The notes below the pieces were generated by a model. The model saw nothing but the letters and a program-made list of their open reading frames with translations. It did not search any database and had not been told where the DNA came from. Below, one piece after another: positions 9,898 to 19,802 of a DNA stretch of 34,691 nt (positions within the stretch are counted from its first letter, which is position 1; each line of letters begins with the position of its first letter). The stretch comes from a virus (lineage: Duplodnaviria; Caudoviricetes): the IMG/VR virus record IMGVR_UViG_3300009008_000133, positions 1 to 34,691 of that record; one strand, given 5' to 3'. A program made the position numbers and the translations under genes.

Positions 9898-11543
9898 TAC
9901 TTGCTTAAAAGCTCCGTCTTATATTTGTTAAATTCAGTGGTGTTCGCGACCTGTTCCAGTTCCTCTGGGGAAAAATCTTCCGGGTTGTAGCCCTTGGACT
10001 TGATCAGCTCTGCGGCCAGATCCAGATCCCGGTCACCGGATGCAATGGCTTTAAGCCGCTGATCCTCCTGCTCTCCTGGAACAAGGTTCTCCCAGAATAC
10101 ACTCAGTTCTTTCGCCATCTCTTCAGCAGCGATAAGATCGAGCTTGCTGCTGACATACTCAGCCGGATCTTTGCCGGGATTATCCTCAATCCACTCGTTA
10201 AGGCCAACAAGGATGTCAGCTTTGATACGAGCTGCCTTGCCTTTTCTCTTGCCGGTTGTTTTTCCAAAGTCTCCACGATTATACATCTCCTTTATCCGGT
10301 TTTTTTGAGCTGTAATCGATTGTTTGACTTTCTGTTTCTGAGAACTCTTATTGTATTTTAAAAGGCTCTCAAGGTGCGTAGGCTTAACAGATGGGCCGAA
10401 CTCCCGGATAATACTTTCATCTGTCAGTGGCTTATCATCCTCAACAGCCTGATCGATCTTGTCCTGGGCCGTGGTGTAAACAAAATAATCGGTTTGCTGC
10501 TTTTCGCCGTACAGGGACTTGACCAGAGGCCCGATGGCTTTGCGGTCATCCTCATTCTCGATAAGATCCAGGGCTTTCTCCCGGTTGCCCTTGCTCCGCC
10601 AGATTTCCATAACCTGTTTTGTCTTCAGATCCCGGCGCTGCTCGGTCTGCTCTTTCTCTATTTCCTGCGCTTCCTCATACCTCGCCTTGACCCTTTTGAC
10701 CGTGTCATCCCGTACATCGGCGTTTTTAACCTTCCTGGCTGCCTTAAGTTGGTCTTGATAACTGTCATGCTTCCCCATGATTTGATCAGCCATGGCCTGG
10801 CCCTGTACCTTGATATTGGCCTTGTCGACCTTGGCTTTTAATTTATGATATGCCCCACCCAGCTCATCTTTCCATTCTTTGAGCATGTGCTTTGCCATAC
10901 CCGGATTTCCAACGTCCGGATCCAGCATCTCTTGAATGGCTGCGACCCTATTGGCTGCCTTAGCCTTGGCGATGTCGGCAGAGTTGTCCATGCCGGGGTA
11001 AGTTGTCTTGTAAGTCGCCTCGATCTCAGCATCTGCCAGCTTCATGCGACCAATACTATACGGGTCCATACGAACATCAGACTGAAGCCGATCCAAAGTG
11101 CCTTCAAGGTTACTCTTTTTAAATTTGTCGTGTTGGATGGACTCATGCCTGGAAAGGGAATCAAGATCCTGCTCTCTGTGCGGCGTGTAAAGGCGCTCGA
11201 ACATGGATTGCTGTTCCTGATTCTCAAGCTCACCTCCAATCTTAGCAGCCTCCTCGTTATACCAGGTCCCATACTCATCCATGACCCCGGTGGCATCGCC
11301 GCCCCTGCGCTGGAGCTGGGCGTTGTATTTGTCCCTGGCCGTAGACCTGAAGGCATTAAAAACGCTTCTGGCCTTGGCCTCATTGCGTTCTGTCTGCATT
11401 TCAAGGCCACGCTGCGCCATCATTCTTCCAGCCCTACCAAAAGCCTCAGCCACCTCACTGCCTGCATTCGGGCCAACCCTCGGTGCTCCAAGAGATCCTG
11501 GCAATCTTTCCTGTGGGGTTTTTACTGGTATCCTAAGAGCCAT
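9897..11543 (-). CDS. Internal virion/ejection protein (T7 gp15 position), helical
   Basis: Charged alpha-helical protein between the small ejection protein and the giant protein. I moved the start to ATG 11543 (MALRIP) because of a TAATG overlap with the upstream stop. Confidence 0.7.
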   Translation of the reverse strand: MALRIPVKTPQERLPGSLGAPRVGPNAGSEVAEAFGRAGRMMAQRGLEMQTERNEAKARSVFNAFRSTARDKYNAQLQRRGGDATGVMDEYGTWYNEEAAKIGGELENQEQQSMFERLYTPHREQDLDSLSRHESIQHDKFKKSNLEGTLDRLQSDVRMDPYSIGRMKLADAEIEATYKTTYPGMDNSADIAKAKAANRVAAIQEMLDPDVGNPGMAKHMLKEWKDELGGAYHKLKAKVDKANIKVQGQAMADQIMGKHDSYQDQLKAARKVKNADVRDDTVKRVKARYEEAQEIEKEQTEQRRDLKTKQVMEIWRSKGNREKALDLIENEDDRKAIGPLVKSLYGEKQQTDYFVYTTAQDKIDQAVEDDKPLTDESIIREFGPSVKPTHLESLLKYNKSSQKQKVKQSITAQKNRIKEMYNRGDFGKTTGKRKGKAARIKADILVGLNEWIEDNPGKDPAEYVSSKLDLIAAEEMAKELSVFWENLVPGEQEDQRLKAIASGDRDLDLAAELIKSKGYNPEDFSPEELEQVANTTEFNKYKTELLSK

Positions 11544-12046
11544 TATGCGTACCTCCCCCATCTATATTTTGAGCTTAAAAGGCCGCTGGTCTTCGGTTTC
11601 TTAAAACCCCCTGCCACCCTTGAGCCGGTCATCAGCATATCGGAAAAAGCGTTCACATATCCGGCTCTCTTGGCCTGTTTGCCCTGGCTTTGGTACAGCC
11701 CAGCCTGACTTTTTGCGCTCCATTCTTCCATCTTGCCTCCAGACCGAATAATAGAAGCGTCAATGGCAAAGCTCCGCATGATATCCTCTGCGGCATCAAG
11801 GTTGCTGCCAGAGTCAGTGACAAAGCCGGTTGATCCTGCAATTGCTCTGGCAGATCCAATCGTCCTGGCCTCATCATCTCTCAGCAAATCCTCATCAAGC
11901 TTGGCCTTCTGCCTGGCGTACTTGCCTTCGTACTCAGACATGGTAGCGTTAAACTCAGCGTTCTGCTCGGCATTAATGCCAGCGGCAATACCGCTGACCC
12001 CACCCATAACTCCACCGGCAATTAATAAAGCTGTCCCGACTCCCAT
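11543..12046 (-). CDS. Small internal virion/ejection protein (T7 gp14-like)
   Basis: Gly/Ala-rich hydrophobic N-terminus, ARAIAGSTGFVTDSGSNLD motif, located right after the nozzle gene. Confidence 0.75.
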   Translation of the reverse strand: MGVGTALLIAGGVMGGVSGIAAGINAEQNAEFNATMSEYEGKYARQKAKLDEDLLRDDEARTIGSARAIAGSTGFVTDSGSNLDAAEDIMRSFAIDASIIRSGGKMEEWSAKSQAGLYQSQGKQAKRAGYVNAFSDMLMTGSRVAGGFKKPKTSGLLSSKYRWGRYA

Positions 12047-12048
12047 AA

Positions 12049-14310
12049 TTACACCTCAACATCTGTAAGTATTGCTAAAATTTTAAGAGGCAGCGGCTGA
12101 CCCTGCCTTATACACACTGTCGGCGCTCTGTCATCAGGCCCCCCAAAAGAAATCTCATCTGTGAAACCATGGAAGAGCTGGGCTGGCCTGCCCAAAGGAA
12201 CGGCATCAGTGGTCAGGTCATACTCCTTAAGATCGTTAAATGCCGGGCCATAGTTAAATCCAAGGCTTTCGTCGAGCATCAGTATAAGATTCTTGATCTG
12301 ATTTACCTGGCCCATGCTTACGCCTGAATTAAGAGGCACAATCTGTGGCAGCGTTTCAAGATCCGACGTATACCCAAGACCTACATGGATCACGCTTGCC
12401 GAAGCTGTCAGGGTTATAGCACCTCCAGATACTGTTTTAAGTCCTTCAGCATCAGATCCATCCGCCATTACTGTAACTGATTCGCCCTCAAGATGACTCA
12501 GCCCGGAAATGCTCGTGACATTCTCGGCGACCGTGGCAGACACAACCTCATAATGGTTCGTCAAATCCATTACCGTGTCGCTCACATCTTTTAACTGGAA
12601 GGTATTGGCCGTCTTGGCATAGACAGTGAACCGCTCATAATGGAGGTTTTTATCCTCATCATCGATATAACCGTCGACACCATATTTATCATCCTCATAT
12701 AGCGCCCGGATTGTAATGGAATCACCATCGCTGTATCCATGGCCGGTCACGGTGATCACGCCCGGATTCGCATAGGAGATGGATTCTATTGTCTGCCGGT
12801 TGTCCAGGGACAAACCGGAATCCACATAAAAAGCGTCTGTGGTATCGTCGTGCTTGCCGGGCTTAAAGCTCTCGGCCATGCGTTCGATATATCGTTTGGT
12901 CGATCCGTTGACCGTGCGTTTAACAACAAACCAGACTTCGTCTTCAGGCGTGCCTGGGATCACAGCCACAGATTCAAACAGGCCCTCAGTCTCATGCCAG
13001 GCCCATCCGTAAACCTTGTGCTCTTTATAATATGTTAGGCTGAAGAGCTTGCCGCTTTCAGTTACACACCAAAGAACCCTATGGGGAACTTCCTGGAAAT
13101 CCATCTGTAAAATCTTTTCATCACGCAGGAGCTGGCTGATCAGCAGAGAGGCCTCCTCTCCCCTGAACGAGTTTGATTCATAGGTATATTCAAGCTCCTG
13201 GAGGGCATGACCATGCCTCTTGGTAAAGAGAATGGTGTCTCCCACCGACACTGGTGCCACATCTTCGCAGCCATGAGATGAGCCAAGAGATCTGTATTTG
13301 GAAGTCGCCGTGATAGGCCCTTCACCGGATGCACTTGTCAGCCACCATTCGGCACCGGTTGTCCCGATTGCAAACTTCTGAGCACTCTCAATCCACTGGA
13401 TGGTGTTCGCCTTGGCCGTGTTGATCGTCAGCGCCAGGGCATCGTCATCAACCAGCGGCTCAGAAACACCGTGATCCGCATAAAGGCCAACCTTGCTCAA
13501 CCAGAGGGTCTGGAGATAAGCCCAGCAGAGCCGGTCATTATCAAATGTGACTGTCTTCGGAAATCCCGTGGTGTCAGACCAGGCTCCCAGCTTCCAGGTG
13601 GGCATCGCTGTGGTAGCCCCAAAATCATCGACTACGGTGGCATTCACTACCGTAGTGCTGGTAATACTTGTAATCCGTGCGATGCCCCACTCAAGCGGCG
13701 CTCCATTTTCAATAGCGACGAGCCTGCCGACATCTGTGGATATAAAGCCCTGGTCATTATTAATCCCCGTCACTGCCGACGCTGTAATGGTAATGCCCCC
13801 TGTAGTGGCACTCGGAGCGAGAGTGGTAGATGTAGAATTTTGGGCAATAAACGGGCCTGTTTCGTGGGTGATATCAGAGATGGCCCATGAGGCATGATCA
13901 GATCTGACGAGAGTTCTGGGCAGCTTGGATGAGCAGGCAATATACTGCGTGTCATTGAGCTGGGCAAAGTCCAGGCCCTGCAAAAGCGCCTCTGTGTAAG
14001 TGGTTACAACCTCGTAAGGAGCACCAATCACCCCGCCATCCTTAAAAAACCGGATATAAAGATCCCCGTACTCAAGGATGTAGGCCTGCTCAGTATTGAA
14101 TTCAAATGGAACGAGCCTGCACTCTTTATCGTGGTTCTTCGCCTCAGCAATGAATTCAAGGCCCATCCGGCGTGTAACCGGTCCATGGGCGAGGGGGATG
14201 AAGTTCTTAAGCTCCTTCAGCGCATACGGGTACTTGCCGTCAAGATCGATCCTGGCCTTTACCTCCGGGGAAACCACGCCAACATTAAAAGATACCTGGG
14301 CAAAATCCAT
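12049..14310 (-). CDS. Tail tubular protein B / nozzle (T7 gp12-like)
   Basis: QVSFNVGVVSP...RIDL...NFIPLAHGPVTRRMG...RLVPFEFNTEQAYILEYGDLYIRF N-terminus; GWAWH, RYIERM, YVDSG, GLSHLEGE, VGLGY and QPLPLKILAI motifs. Confidence 0.9.
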   Translation of the reverse strand: MDFAQVSFNVGVVSPEVKARIDLDGKYPYALKELKNFIPLAHGPVTRRMGLEFIAEAKNHDKECRLVPFEFNTEQAYILEYGDLYIRFFKDGGVIGAPYEVVTTYTEALLQGLDFAQLNDTQYIACSSKLPRTLVRSDHASWAISDITHETGPFIAQNSTSTTLAPSATTGGITITASAVTGINNDQGFISTDVGRLVAIENGAPLEWGIARITSITSTTVVNATVVDDFGATTAMPTWKLGAWSDTTGFPKTVTFDNDRLCWAYLQTLWLSKVGLYADHGVSEPLVDDDALALTINTAKANTIQWIESAQKFAIGTTGAEWWLTSASGEGPITATSKYRSLGSSHGCEDVAPVSVGDTILFTKRHGHALQELEYTYESNSFRGEEASLLISQLLRDEKILQMDFQEVPHRVLWCVTESGKLFSLTYYKEHKVYGWAWHETEGLFESVAVIPGTPEDEVWFVVKRTVNGSTKRYIERMAESFKPGKHDDTTDAFYVDSGLSLDNRQTIESISYANPGVITVTGHGYSDGDSITIRALYEDDKYGVDGYIDDEDKNLHYERFTVYAKTANTFQLKDVSDTVMDLTNHYEVVSATVAENVTSISGLSHLEGESVTVMADGSDAEGLKTVSGGAITLTASASVIHVGLGYTSDLETLPQIVPLNSGVSMGQVNQIKNLILMLDESLGFNYGPAFNDLKEYDLTTDAVPLGRPAQLFHGFTDEISFGGPDDRAPTVCIRQGQPLPLKILAILTDVEV

Positions 14311-14311
14311 A

Positions 14312-14908
14312 TCAACTCCCTGCCACCACCCAAGAGTCGGTGTCTTTCGTATGTTTTACCTTACTCTCTGCGGTTTTATTGGACTCCGGTGCCTCTTTTA
14401 TTCTCGCTCTTGGCAAGTCGATCAGCTCATAGACCTCGTACCAGGTGTATTTGTTCCCGGATACCATAGTGCCTTTCTTTTTAAGAGGGATCGACAAAAA
14501 GGCTCTGAGCCTGGAATAAAGCGCAACGATAAAGTATGTCGGATATTTGCTTTCGTCGTTCATGTCTTGGATGTACTCCATATTGAACGGCGAGGCATTT
14601 GTCAGGATGTGCTCTCCCCTGCGCTCCCAATTATTACCCTCGTCATCTCTGACCGGTCGGATAAAATCCGTCGGTATCTGATAGGCATAATCCCATTCAT
14701 CATCCACCATTGTGTAGCTGCTGTCTTCAGCGAGAGAGGCCCACTTCTTTGCAAAGTCCCATGTATGATCCTGGAGAACTTCTCTGAGGGCCTGGTCCCA
14801 GAAGGTGCTCACATATTCAGCCTCTTTTGTGGCCTCCGTAAGACTTGAGATCTCGCTGGCCCCAAGGCTGCTCAGTGCCAAATTTGCTATTTCAACTTGA
14901 CTTGCCAT
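14312..14908 (-). CDS. Tail tubular protein A / head-tail adaptor (T7 gp11-like)
   Basis: MASQVEIANLALSSLGA...L...HTWDFAKK...WDYAYQIPTDFIR signature and gene position. Confidence 0.88.
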   Translation of the reverse strand: MASQVEIANLALSSLGASEISSLTEATKEAEYVSTFWDQALREVLQDHTWDFAKKWASLAEDSSYTMVDDEWDYAYQIPTDFIRPVRDDEGNNWERRGEHILTNASPFNMEYIQDMNDESKYPTYFIVALYSRLRAFLSIPLKKKGTMVSGNKYTWYEVYELIDLPRARIKEAPESNKTAESKVKHTKDTDSWVVAGS

Positions 14909-14911
14909 TTT

Positions 14912-15313
14912 TTATGCCTCGCCGTGGGTGTCTATCTTCAGGGCATCAGCAACGACATCGTCTTTCTTTCTGCCCTTATAAGAAATACCATAGGCCTTGC
15001 CGATGTCGCTTGACTTGGTCTTGTCCAGCTCGTCAGGTCCCATGGCATGAACTCTTTTACCCAGAGCCGCAACGACAGGGTCCTCATCAGTCTCAGGCTC
15101 CAGTGTTTCTTCCGGCTCAGAAGAGCCTGTAGACTGCTCAGGCGGTTCGATTTCCATCTGAACCCCCTTGCCCCCGGTTTTTTTAAATCGTTTCAAATGG
15201 GGATATTTCTCAGGGTCCCATTCGTCGATATCGCTGAACTCCACCCTCTGCCCCTCCTCAACATATCCATGCTCAGGTGTGGTGCAGACCTCCTCACAAA
15301 TTGCAGTAAACAT
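14912..15313 (-). CDS. Hypothetical virion-module protein (acidic linker, short helical C-terminus)
   Basis: RBS AGGAGG, sits within the late operon. Confidence 0.7.
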   Translation of the reverse strand: MFTAICEEVCTTPEHGYVEEGQRVEFSDIDEWDPEKYPHLKRFKKTGGKGVQMEIEPPEQSTGSSEPEETLEPETDEDPVVAALGKRVHAMGPDELDKTKSSDIGKAYGISYKGRKKDDVVADALKIDTHGEA

Positions 15314-15326
15314 TTTGCCTCCTTTG

Positions 15327-15358
15327 AAAAAGGACGGGAGCCGGAACCCCCGCCCGTT
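15327..15358 (-). terminator. Rho-independent terminator after the capsid/cement genes
   Basis: Minus strand ACGGG...CCCGT GC-rich hairpin followed by CCTTTTT. Confidence 0.6.
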
Positions 15359-15375
15359 TAATTATGGATTAAAGA

Positions 15376-15798
15376 TTAGCTGGTAAAATCGTTCGCCTGC
15401 GGCGCATGAGCCAGGTACACATGAGCAGCGCCTGCGGTAAGAGCAGCGGTGCCGATGGTCTGCGTAATCCTTAAGTATCGCTCACAGCCAGCCGGTATAC
15501 GAATAGCCAGCACTTGATACCCGGCCACAAGGGTGGCCTTGCCAATGGCAGAGGTCGCATGAAGCTCGTTGGCAGAACCAAAAGCCTCGTCATTATCTGT
15601 CTCAAGCTTAAACAAGACAGTGGCTGCGCCTGCTGAGGTCACGGCGGTGGATATCTGAATAATCAGATACATTTCCCTGCCGTAAGCGTCGCCAGCGGCG
15701 TTCAGATCGATGATGTCGCCAAATTGCGCGGTGGCAGGAGCCGCTGTAGAAAGAGCCGCCGCATTGGCAAATGTGTTAAGTCGGTCAAGAATACCCAT
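15376..15798 (-). CDS. Capsid cement/decoration protein (Bbp16-like)
   Basis: MGILDRLNTF...DIIDL...TSAGAATV.F.L.T...LVAGY...IPAGCERYLR...TAG pattern, directly after the major capsid gene. Confidence 0.85.
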   Translation of the reverse strand: MGILDRLNTFANAAALSTAAPATAQFGDIIDLNAAGDAYGREMYLIIQISTAVTSAGAATVLFKLETDNDEAFGSANELHATSAIGKATLVAGYQVLAIRIPAGCERYLRITQTIGTAALTAGAAHVYLAHAPQANDFTS

Positions 15799-15841
15799 GA
15801 TATTTCTCCTTTGATCAGGTTATTAGTTAATCAATTGCCTA

Positions 15842-16852
15842 TTAAGTAGCCTGTGACAGTGCGGCTTCAGAAGTCAGCATTTTGTCACTTACCCGGATCG
15901 GGATGCCGTCAAACATCATGACCTTTTTACCTTCAACAGTCTCAAAGGTCAGGTTGGTGTTTGTATGGTTCAGCATCTGGATTCTAAGCATGGTGCGAAC
16001 GCCTTCAGGCATGTACCAGGCTTTCCTGCCGTTGCCACGGACACGCTCACTCAGTTTAATCATGAGCTTGATCAGATCTGCGGCAGATGACTCGCCAACA
16101 AGGTTGGAATAATCGATATTGCAGATACGACCAACAGAGCGCCAATCCTTTACGCACATACCGATATCCCATTTGTAATGGGTCACATAAGCCAGAAAGT
16201 CGCCAGAGCTGTCATCAGCGGCGGTAAGCTGCTTTCCGAGATTCTCGGTCTGAAGACCAGCAACAGAACCTTTCGGATACAGCATATGACAAGTCTGATC
16301 GCCCCAGGTGATTAACCACACGGAGCAGTTATCAGAGCCGGAACCCCCGCCGTTCAGAACATTATGGGCGGAGATGGTTTTATCCAGGGTGGCTTTTTCG
16401 TACAGGGTGTACCTTGGAGCCAGGCCCATAAACCTGTCCGGATATGTAGCAGTGTCGCCATAAAACATGGTCGTTGCGATCTGCTGGTTCAAGCCTTCAA
16501 GGTGCGGAGTGTGCTCAGAAAGAAGAGCGGTCGCAGGGTCACCGGATTTATCGATTACATCGCAATCGATTTTCGGCAGGGCTTCCAGCATTCCGCAGGT
16601 ATCAACAACCTGACGGGTGCTTGATTTGGTGGACAGAACGCCACCGTACAGCCGCCTCCAGGTTCCTGAGGGGATGCCGGTTCTCACAGTGCCTTTGTTT
16701 GTGGTGCCGTCATTACACTCTTTGAACACCATGTCATCAAGACACTCATTGGTTTCATTTAACAGTTCAGCGATAGTTGCAATTTTTCCGTCAGGATCTT
16801 TTCTGCGGGATACGTCTGCCAGTGTTAGGTTTCTCGTCGCAAGAGTTGCCAT
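15842..16852 (-). CDS. Major capsid protein (BPP-1/epsilon15-like)
   Basis: LTLADVSRRKDPDGKIATIAELLNETNE.LDD...VRTGIP..TWRRLYGGV...FMGLAPRY...SVWLITWG...HYKWDIG..VKDWR...RICNID...FDGIPIR. Confidence 0.93.
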   Translation of the reverse strand: MATLATRNLTLADVSRRKDPDGKIATIAELLNETNECLDDMVFKECNDGTTNKGTVRTGIPSGTWRRLYGGVLSTKSSTRQVVDTCGMLEALPKIDCDVIDKSGDPATALLSEHTPHLEGLNQQIATTMFYGDTATYPDRFMGLAPRYTLYEKATLDKTISAHNVLNGGGSGSDNCSVWLITWGDQTCHMLYPKGSVAGLQTENLGKQLTAADDSSGDFLAYVTHYKWDIGMCVKDWRSVGRICNIDYSNLVGESSAADLIKLMIKLSERVRGNGRKAWYMPEGVRTMLRIQMLNHTNTNLTFETVEGKKVMMFDGIPIRVSDKMLTSEAALSQAT

Positions 16853-16883
16853 TTATTTTTCCTCCTGTGTTAACAGAATAACT

Positions 16884-17570
16884 CTATGTTTTGGGGAGGC
16901 CTTTCATATCGCCGAACAGTTTTTTCGCGGGGTCTTCTTCCCCCTCCTGCCCAGCGTTATTATTACCTCCGGCTTGCAATGAATCTTCCGAAATCAGTTT
17001 ACCCAGACGAGATAAGCCTTTGAACAGATGCGGATACTCTTCTATCTTCGCATCCTTGAATGCGTCGTCGCCCTCAAAAGCGACGTTTAGGATCTTCTGG
17101 ACCTTCTGTAGCTCGGCTTCATAATTGTCGCCGTGCTCAGTCTTAATCGCATCCAGCGCCGCATCCTTGGCATCGTTAATCTCTTTGATCTGTGCCTGCT
17201 GTCGGGCTGCATCAAGCAGCACCAGCTTGGAATACTGGTCAGCCGTGAATTTGTTTTCAAAAGCAAACTCTTTGAATGCTCCCATCTCGGCCTCATCAAC
17301 CGGCAGGTCTTCCGGCAGCTCGACTTTGTAGTCATCAACGCTTTCCGGTACGACCGGCAAAGATCCTTTAAGCTCGTCGTGTTCTGATTTCAGTTCATCA
17401 TGCGCCTTTGTCAAATCGATGTGGCTCTGACCGAATGCATCCAGGTTTTCAAAAGACTTAAAAGTCTCATTGCCCTTCAGCTCTTCGCTCGCAAACCCAT
17501 CGACGAAAGAGGTGCTTTCTCCGCCATCAGCGCCGGTGTCACCCTGGCCGTTGCCGTTTCCATCACTCAT
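16884..17570 (-). CDS. Capsid scaffolding protein
   Basis: Acidic helical protein with VPESVDDYK and RLGKLISED motifs, directly upstream of the capsid gene. Confidence 0.8.
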   Translation of the reverse strand: MSDGNGNGQGDTGADGGESTSFVDGFASEELKGNETFKSFENLDAFGQSHIDLTKAHDELKSEHDELKGSLPVVPESVDDYKVELPEDLPVDEAEMGAFKEFAFENKFTADQYSKLVLLDAARQQAQIKEINDAKDAALDAIKTEHGDNYEAELQKVQKILNVAFEGDDAFKDAKIEEYPHLFKGLSRLGKLISEDSLQAGGNNNAGQEGEEDPAKKLFGDMKGLPKT

Positions 17571-17916
17571 CTTTTTTCTCCTTGGTTAATTGTTTTTGCC
17601 TCTGCTCATATTTATGAACCAAGGCTTCTTTAAGTAGTGCTGCCGAGTCGACAGACTCATGCAGCTTGATCAAACCATTAAAACCGAGGTTGCCATTGTC
17701 CTCAGTAAATTGGGTAAACTGTAATATTCTCAGACCCACTTCCCTTTTGCCCAGGTGCTTGTAAACACCAGCATTGGTTTCGGTCACGGGCCGGATAGTT
17801 TCTGAAAAGTTAAACAGATCCAAAAAGACAAGCGCTCCCTCCTGCGGGGTGGAGTTGCCGAAAAATACCTTCTGGTAAAGCTCAGGCATGATTAAGTCAT
17901 CATACTTGTCAGTCAT
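17563..17916 (-). CDS. Bbp19-like head assembly protein
   Basis: YQKVF...TPQEGALVFLDL...GKREVGLRIL motif; lies between portal and scaffold. Confidence 0.7.
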   Translation of the reverse strand: MTDKYDDLIMPELYQKVFFGNSTPQEGALVFLDLFNFSETIRPVTETNAGVYKHLGKREVGLRILQFTQFTEDNGNLGFNGLIKLHESVDSAALLKEALVHKYEQRQKQLTKEKKDE

Positions 17917-19572
17917 TTAAACCCCCATAGTCTCTTTGAGATCCCCAAGTGCGGTTCCCTCATTTGTGTTGGCGGATCCGAGATCTTTTGCCACTCCAGC
18001 GGTTGCTGCCATCTGCTCCGCCATCTGGGCCTGTTTCTCTGCCTGGGCGATTGCGGCCAGTTGCTGCTCGACATCTTTCTGCGGCCTGATGATCTTGGGT
18101 GGAACCCCAATAACACCGCCATACTCTTCCAGATATTCAAGCAGATCTGTCTTGACCGTGGACTTAGGATCAATAGTAGCGATCCTCTCCACCTCTTCCC
18201 TGTAAGCCCTTAAGCCCTGAGCGGTCTGAAGCTTCTGGGCCTGGGCGAGAACGCTGACGAACTCAACTTCAAGATCCATCTCTTCCAGCTCTTCAGGAAT
18301 GGGTGGGAACAGACCTCTGTCCATCCCGGCCTCAAATACGAAATCAATGGAAGGCTCCAGTTTCTCTTTGATCTGGCGTTCTACGCTTGGGCCGAGCATG
18401 AGCATCTTTTCTTCCTTCATTTCCAGGACTTGAGTTGCAAGCTTGACGTTGTTGTTAGTGGTGGCATTCGTGATCATCAGGAACAGGTCATTAAAGAAAG
18501 CTCTCTCGATCCGGCTCTCTGTTTTCTCAATCCTCATCTCAAGCGCATCCAGGGGCAAATTGATATCAAAGGCCCTGGTCACTGCCTTTTCTTTTGTGTC
18601 ACCCTCGTTAACTGCGCCAGGCGTGAGATCCAGAACTCCCTTAAAAGATGAATTGACCACCATGGAAGGCTCAACCAGTTGGTGCAGGCCTTTAATGCCG
18701 CTCTTCTCCATCTCCTGAACCATCTGAGTCCTGCCGAGAGCTGCATGGCCGGGGCCGAATCCATACGGAGTCTGACCTCTTGTGGCCCATCTGGCAGCAA
18801 TAGCCCGGAAATCCTTATAGCCGCTTACCCTGAGCTGCTTATGCAACTCTTCAGGCTCGATCCAGACAGACTTGTAAGGCATGTTCAGCGCATCGATCTT
18901 TGTGTGGTCCCTGTCTTCCCTTGGCTCTATAATGTGAAGCACCTTGAACCAGGAGAACGGCTTGGTATCGTGAATCGACTTAACTTTTGTGCTGACCTTA
19001 TCTTTGCCAAACTGACCAATCATTTGATCAGCCGTCATCCAGAAGCGACGGTACAGCCTGTTGACTTTCCTGTCCCAACCTGTGCCAATCCGGTACTCAC
19101 CAACAGTAAACGGATGAAACCGGACAATCTCAGTCGGGTGCTCTTCCATCAGCATGACTTCAGTGCCAAAAGGCCCCTGCTCTTCAAACCCCGTATGGGC
19201 CGCAAGATACCAGTTTGACCTGTAGTAAATGGCGTACATCACATCTTCCACATACTTGAGCCATTGCTTAACAGGCGGATGCTCGGCCAGATCTTTGTCG
19301 GCCAAACTCAGCCTGAACCACTTCCTGGAAGGAGAGCAAAGCCCGGACATATAACCGGCAGCACAAACCTTGTTGGCATACTCACCGGCATCCGACAGCA
19401 TCCCATCATGAACCTTGGCCTTGGCATTCGGCTCTTCCTCCAGCCAGTTGCCGCCGGTCGGCCAGATGTTTGTCCGTACATCCTTGAAGAACGTAAGCCA
19501 CGGCTGGAATTCTGTGTCGAGCTGATTCCACCGCTGCATTAATTTTTGATTATCAGTCAGCATATTAGCCAC
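17917..19572 (-). CDS. Portal / head-to-tail connector protein (Bbp21/T7 gp8-like)
   Basis: AAGYMSGLCSPSRKWFRL, YRSNWY, ARW....TPYGFGPG, IERAFFNDLFLM, TQV....EEKMLMLGP, EFVSVLAQAQK motifs. Confidence 0.93.
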   Translation of the reverse strand: MANMLTDNQKLMQRWNQLDTEFQPWLTFFKDVRTNIWPTGGNWLEEEPNAKAKVHDGMLSDAGEYANKVCAAGYMSGLCSPSRKWFRLSLADKDLAEHPPVKQWLKYVEDVMYAIYYRSNWYLAAHTGFEEQGPFGTEVMLMEEHPTEIVRFHPFTVGEYRIGTGWDRKVNRLYRRFWMTADQMIGQFGKDKVSTKVKSIHDTKPFSWFKVLHIIEPREDRDHTKIDALNMPYKSVWIEPEELHKQLRVSGYKDFRAIAARWATRGQTPYGFGPGHAALGRTQMVQEMEKSGIKGLHQLVEPSMVVNSSFKGVLDLTPGAVNEGDTKEKAVTRAFDINLPLDALEMRIEKTESRIERAFFNDLFLMITNATTNNNVKLATQVLEMKEEKMLMLGPSVERQIKEKLEPSIDFVFEAGMDRGLFPPIPEELEEMDLEVEFVSVLAQAQKLQTAQGLRAYREEVERIATIDPKSTVKTDLLEYLEEYGGVIGVPPKIIRPQKDVEQQLAAIAQAEKQAQMAEQMAATAGVAKDLGSANTNEGTALGDLKETMGV

Positions 19573-19801
19573 CCAGCAAAGTTCGTTTCTTTACATTCGC
19601 ATCACTCTGGAGGCCAAAAGCGCTGGTGTTGAAAGTGCTCTGGTGTCCCTCCTGAGACAACTTACGCCGCCTTTCGGTGGCTTTCTTCCTGCGCTCCTCT
19701 TCTGCCTTTACTCGCTCGGCATTCGGATCTGGGGGCGGTGCGACCTTCGGGGGGTCTTGAATTAGTCCAATGGCCTTCAGGCCTTTTTTCACAATACCCA
19801 T
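19565..19801 (-). CDS. Small basic virion assembly protein
   Basis: Pro-rich then basic, ending KKRTLLGG; typical pre-portal gene. Confidence 0.7.
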   Translation of the reverse strand: MGIVKKGLKAIGLIQDPPKVAPPPDPNAERVKAEEERRKKATERRRKLSQEGHQSTFNTSAFGLQSDANVKKRTLLGG

Positions 19802-19802
19802 G

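Noticed and set aside
17913-18173. 86-aa alternative-frame ORF at the end of the portal gene
   Set aside because: It lies almost entirely within the portal CDS, with no RBS or motif support.
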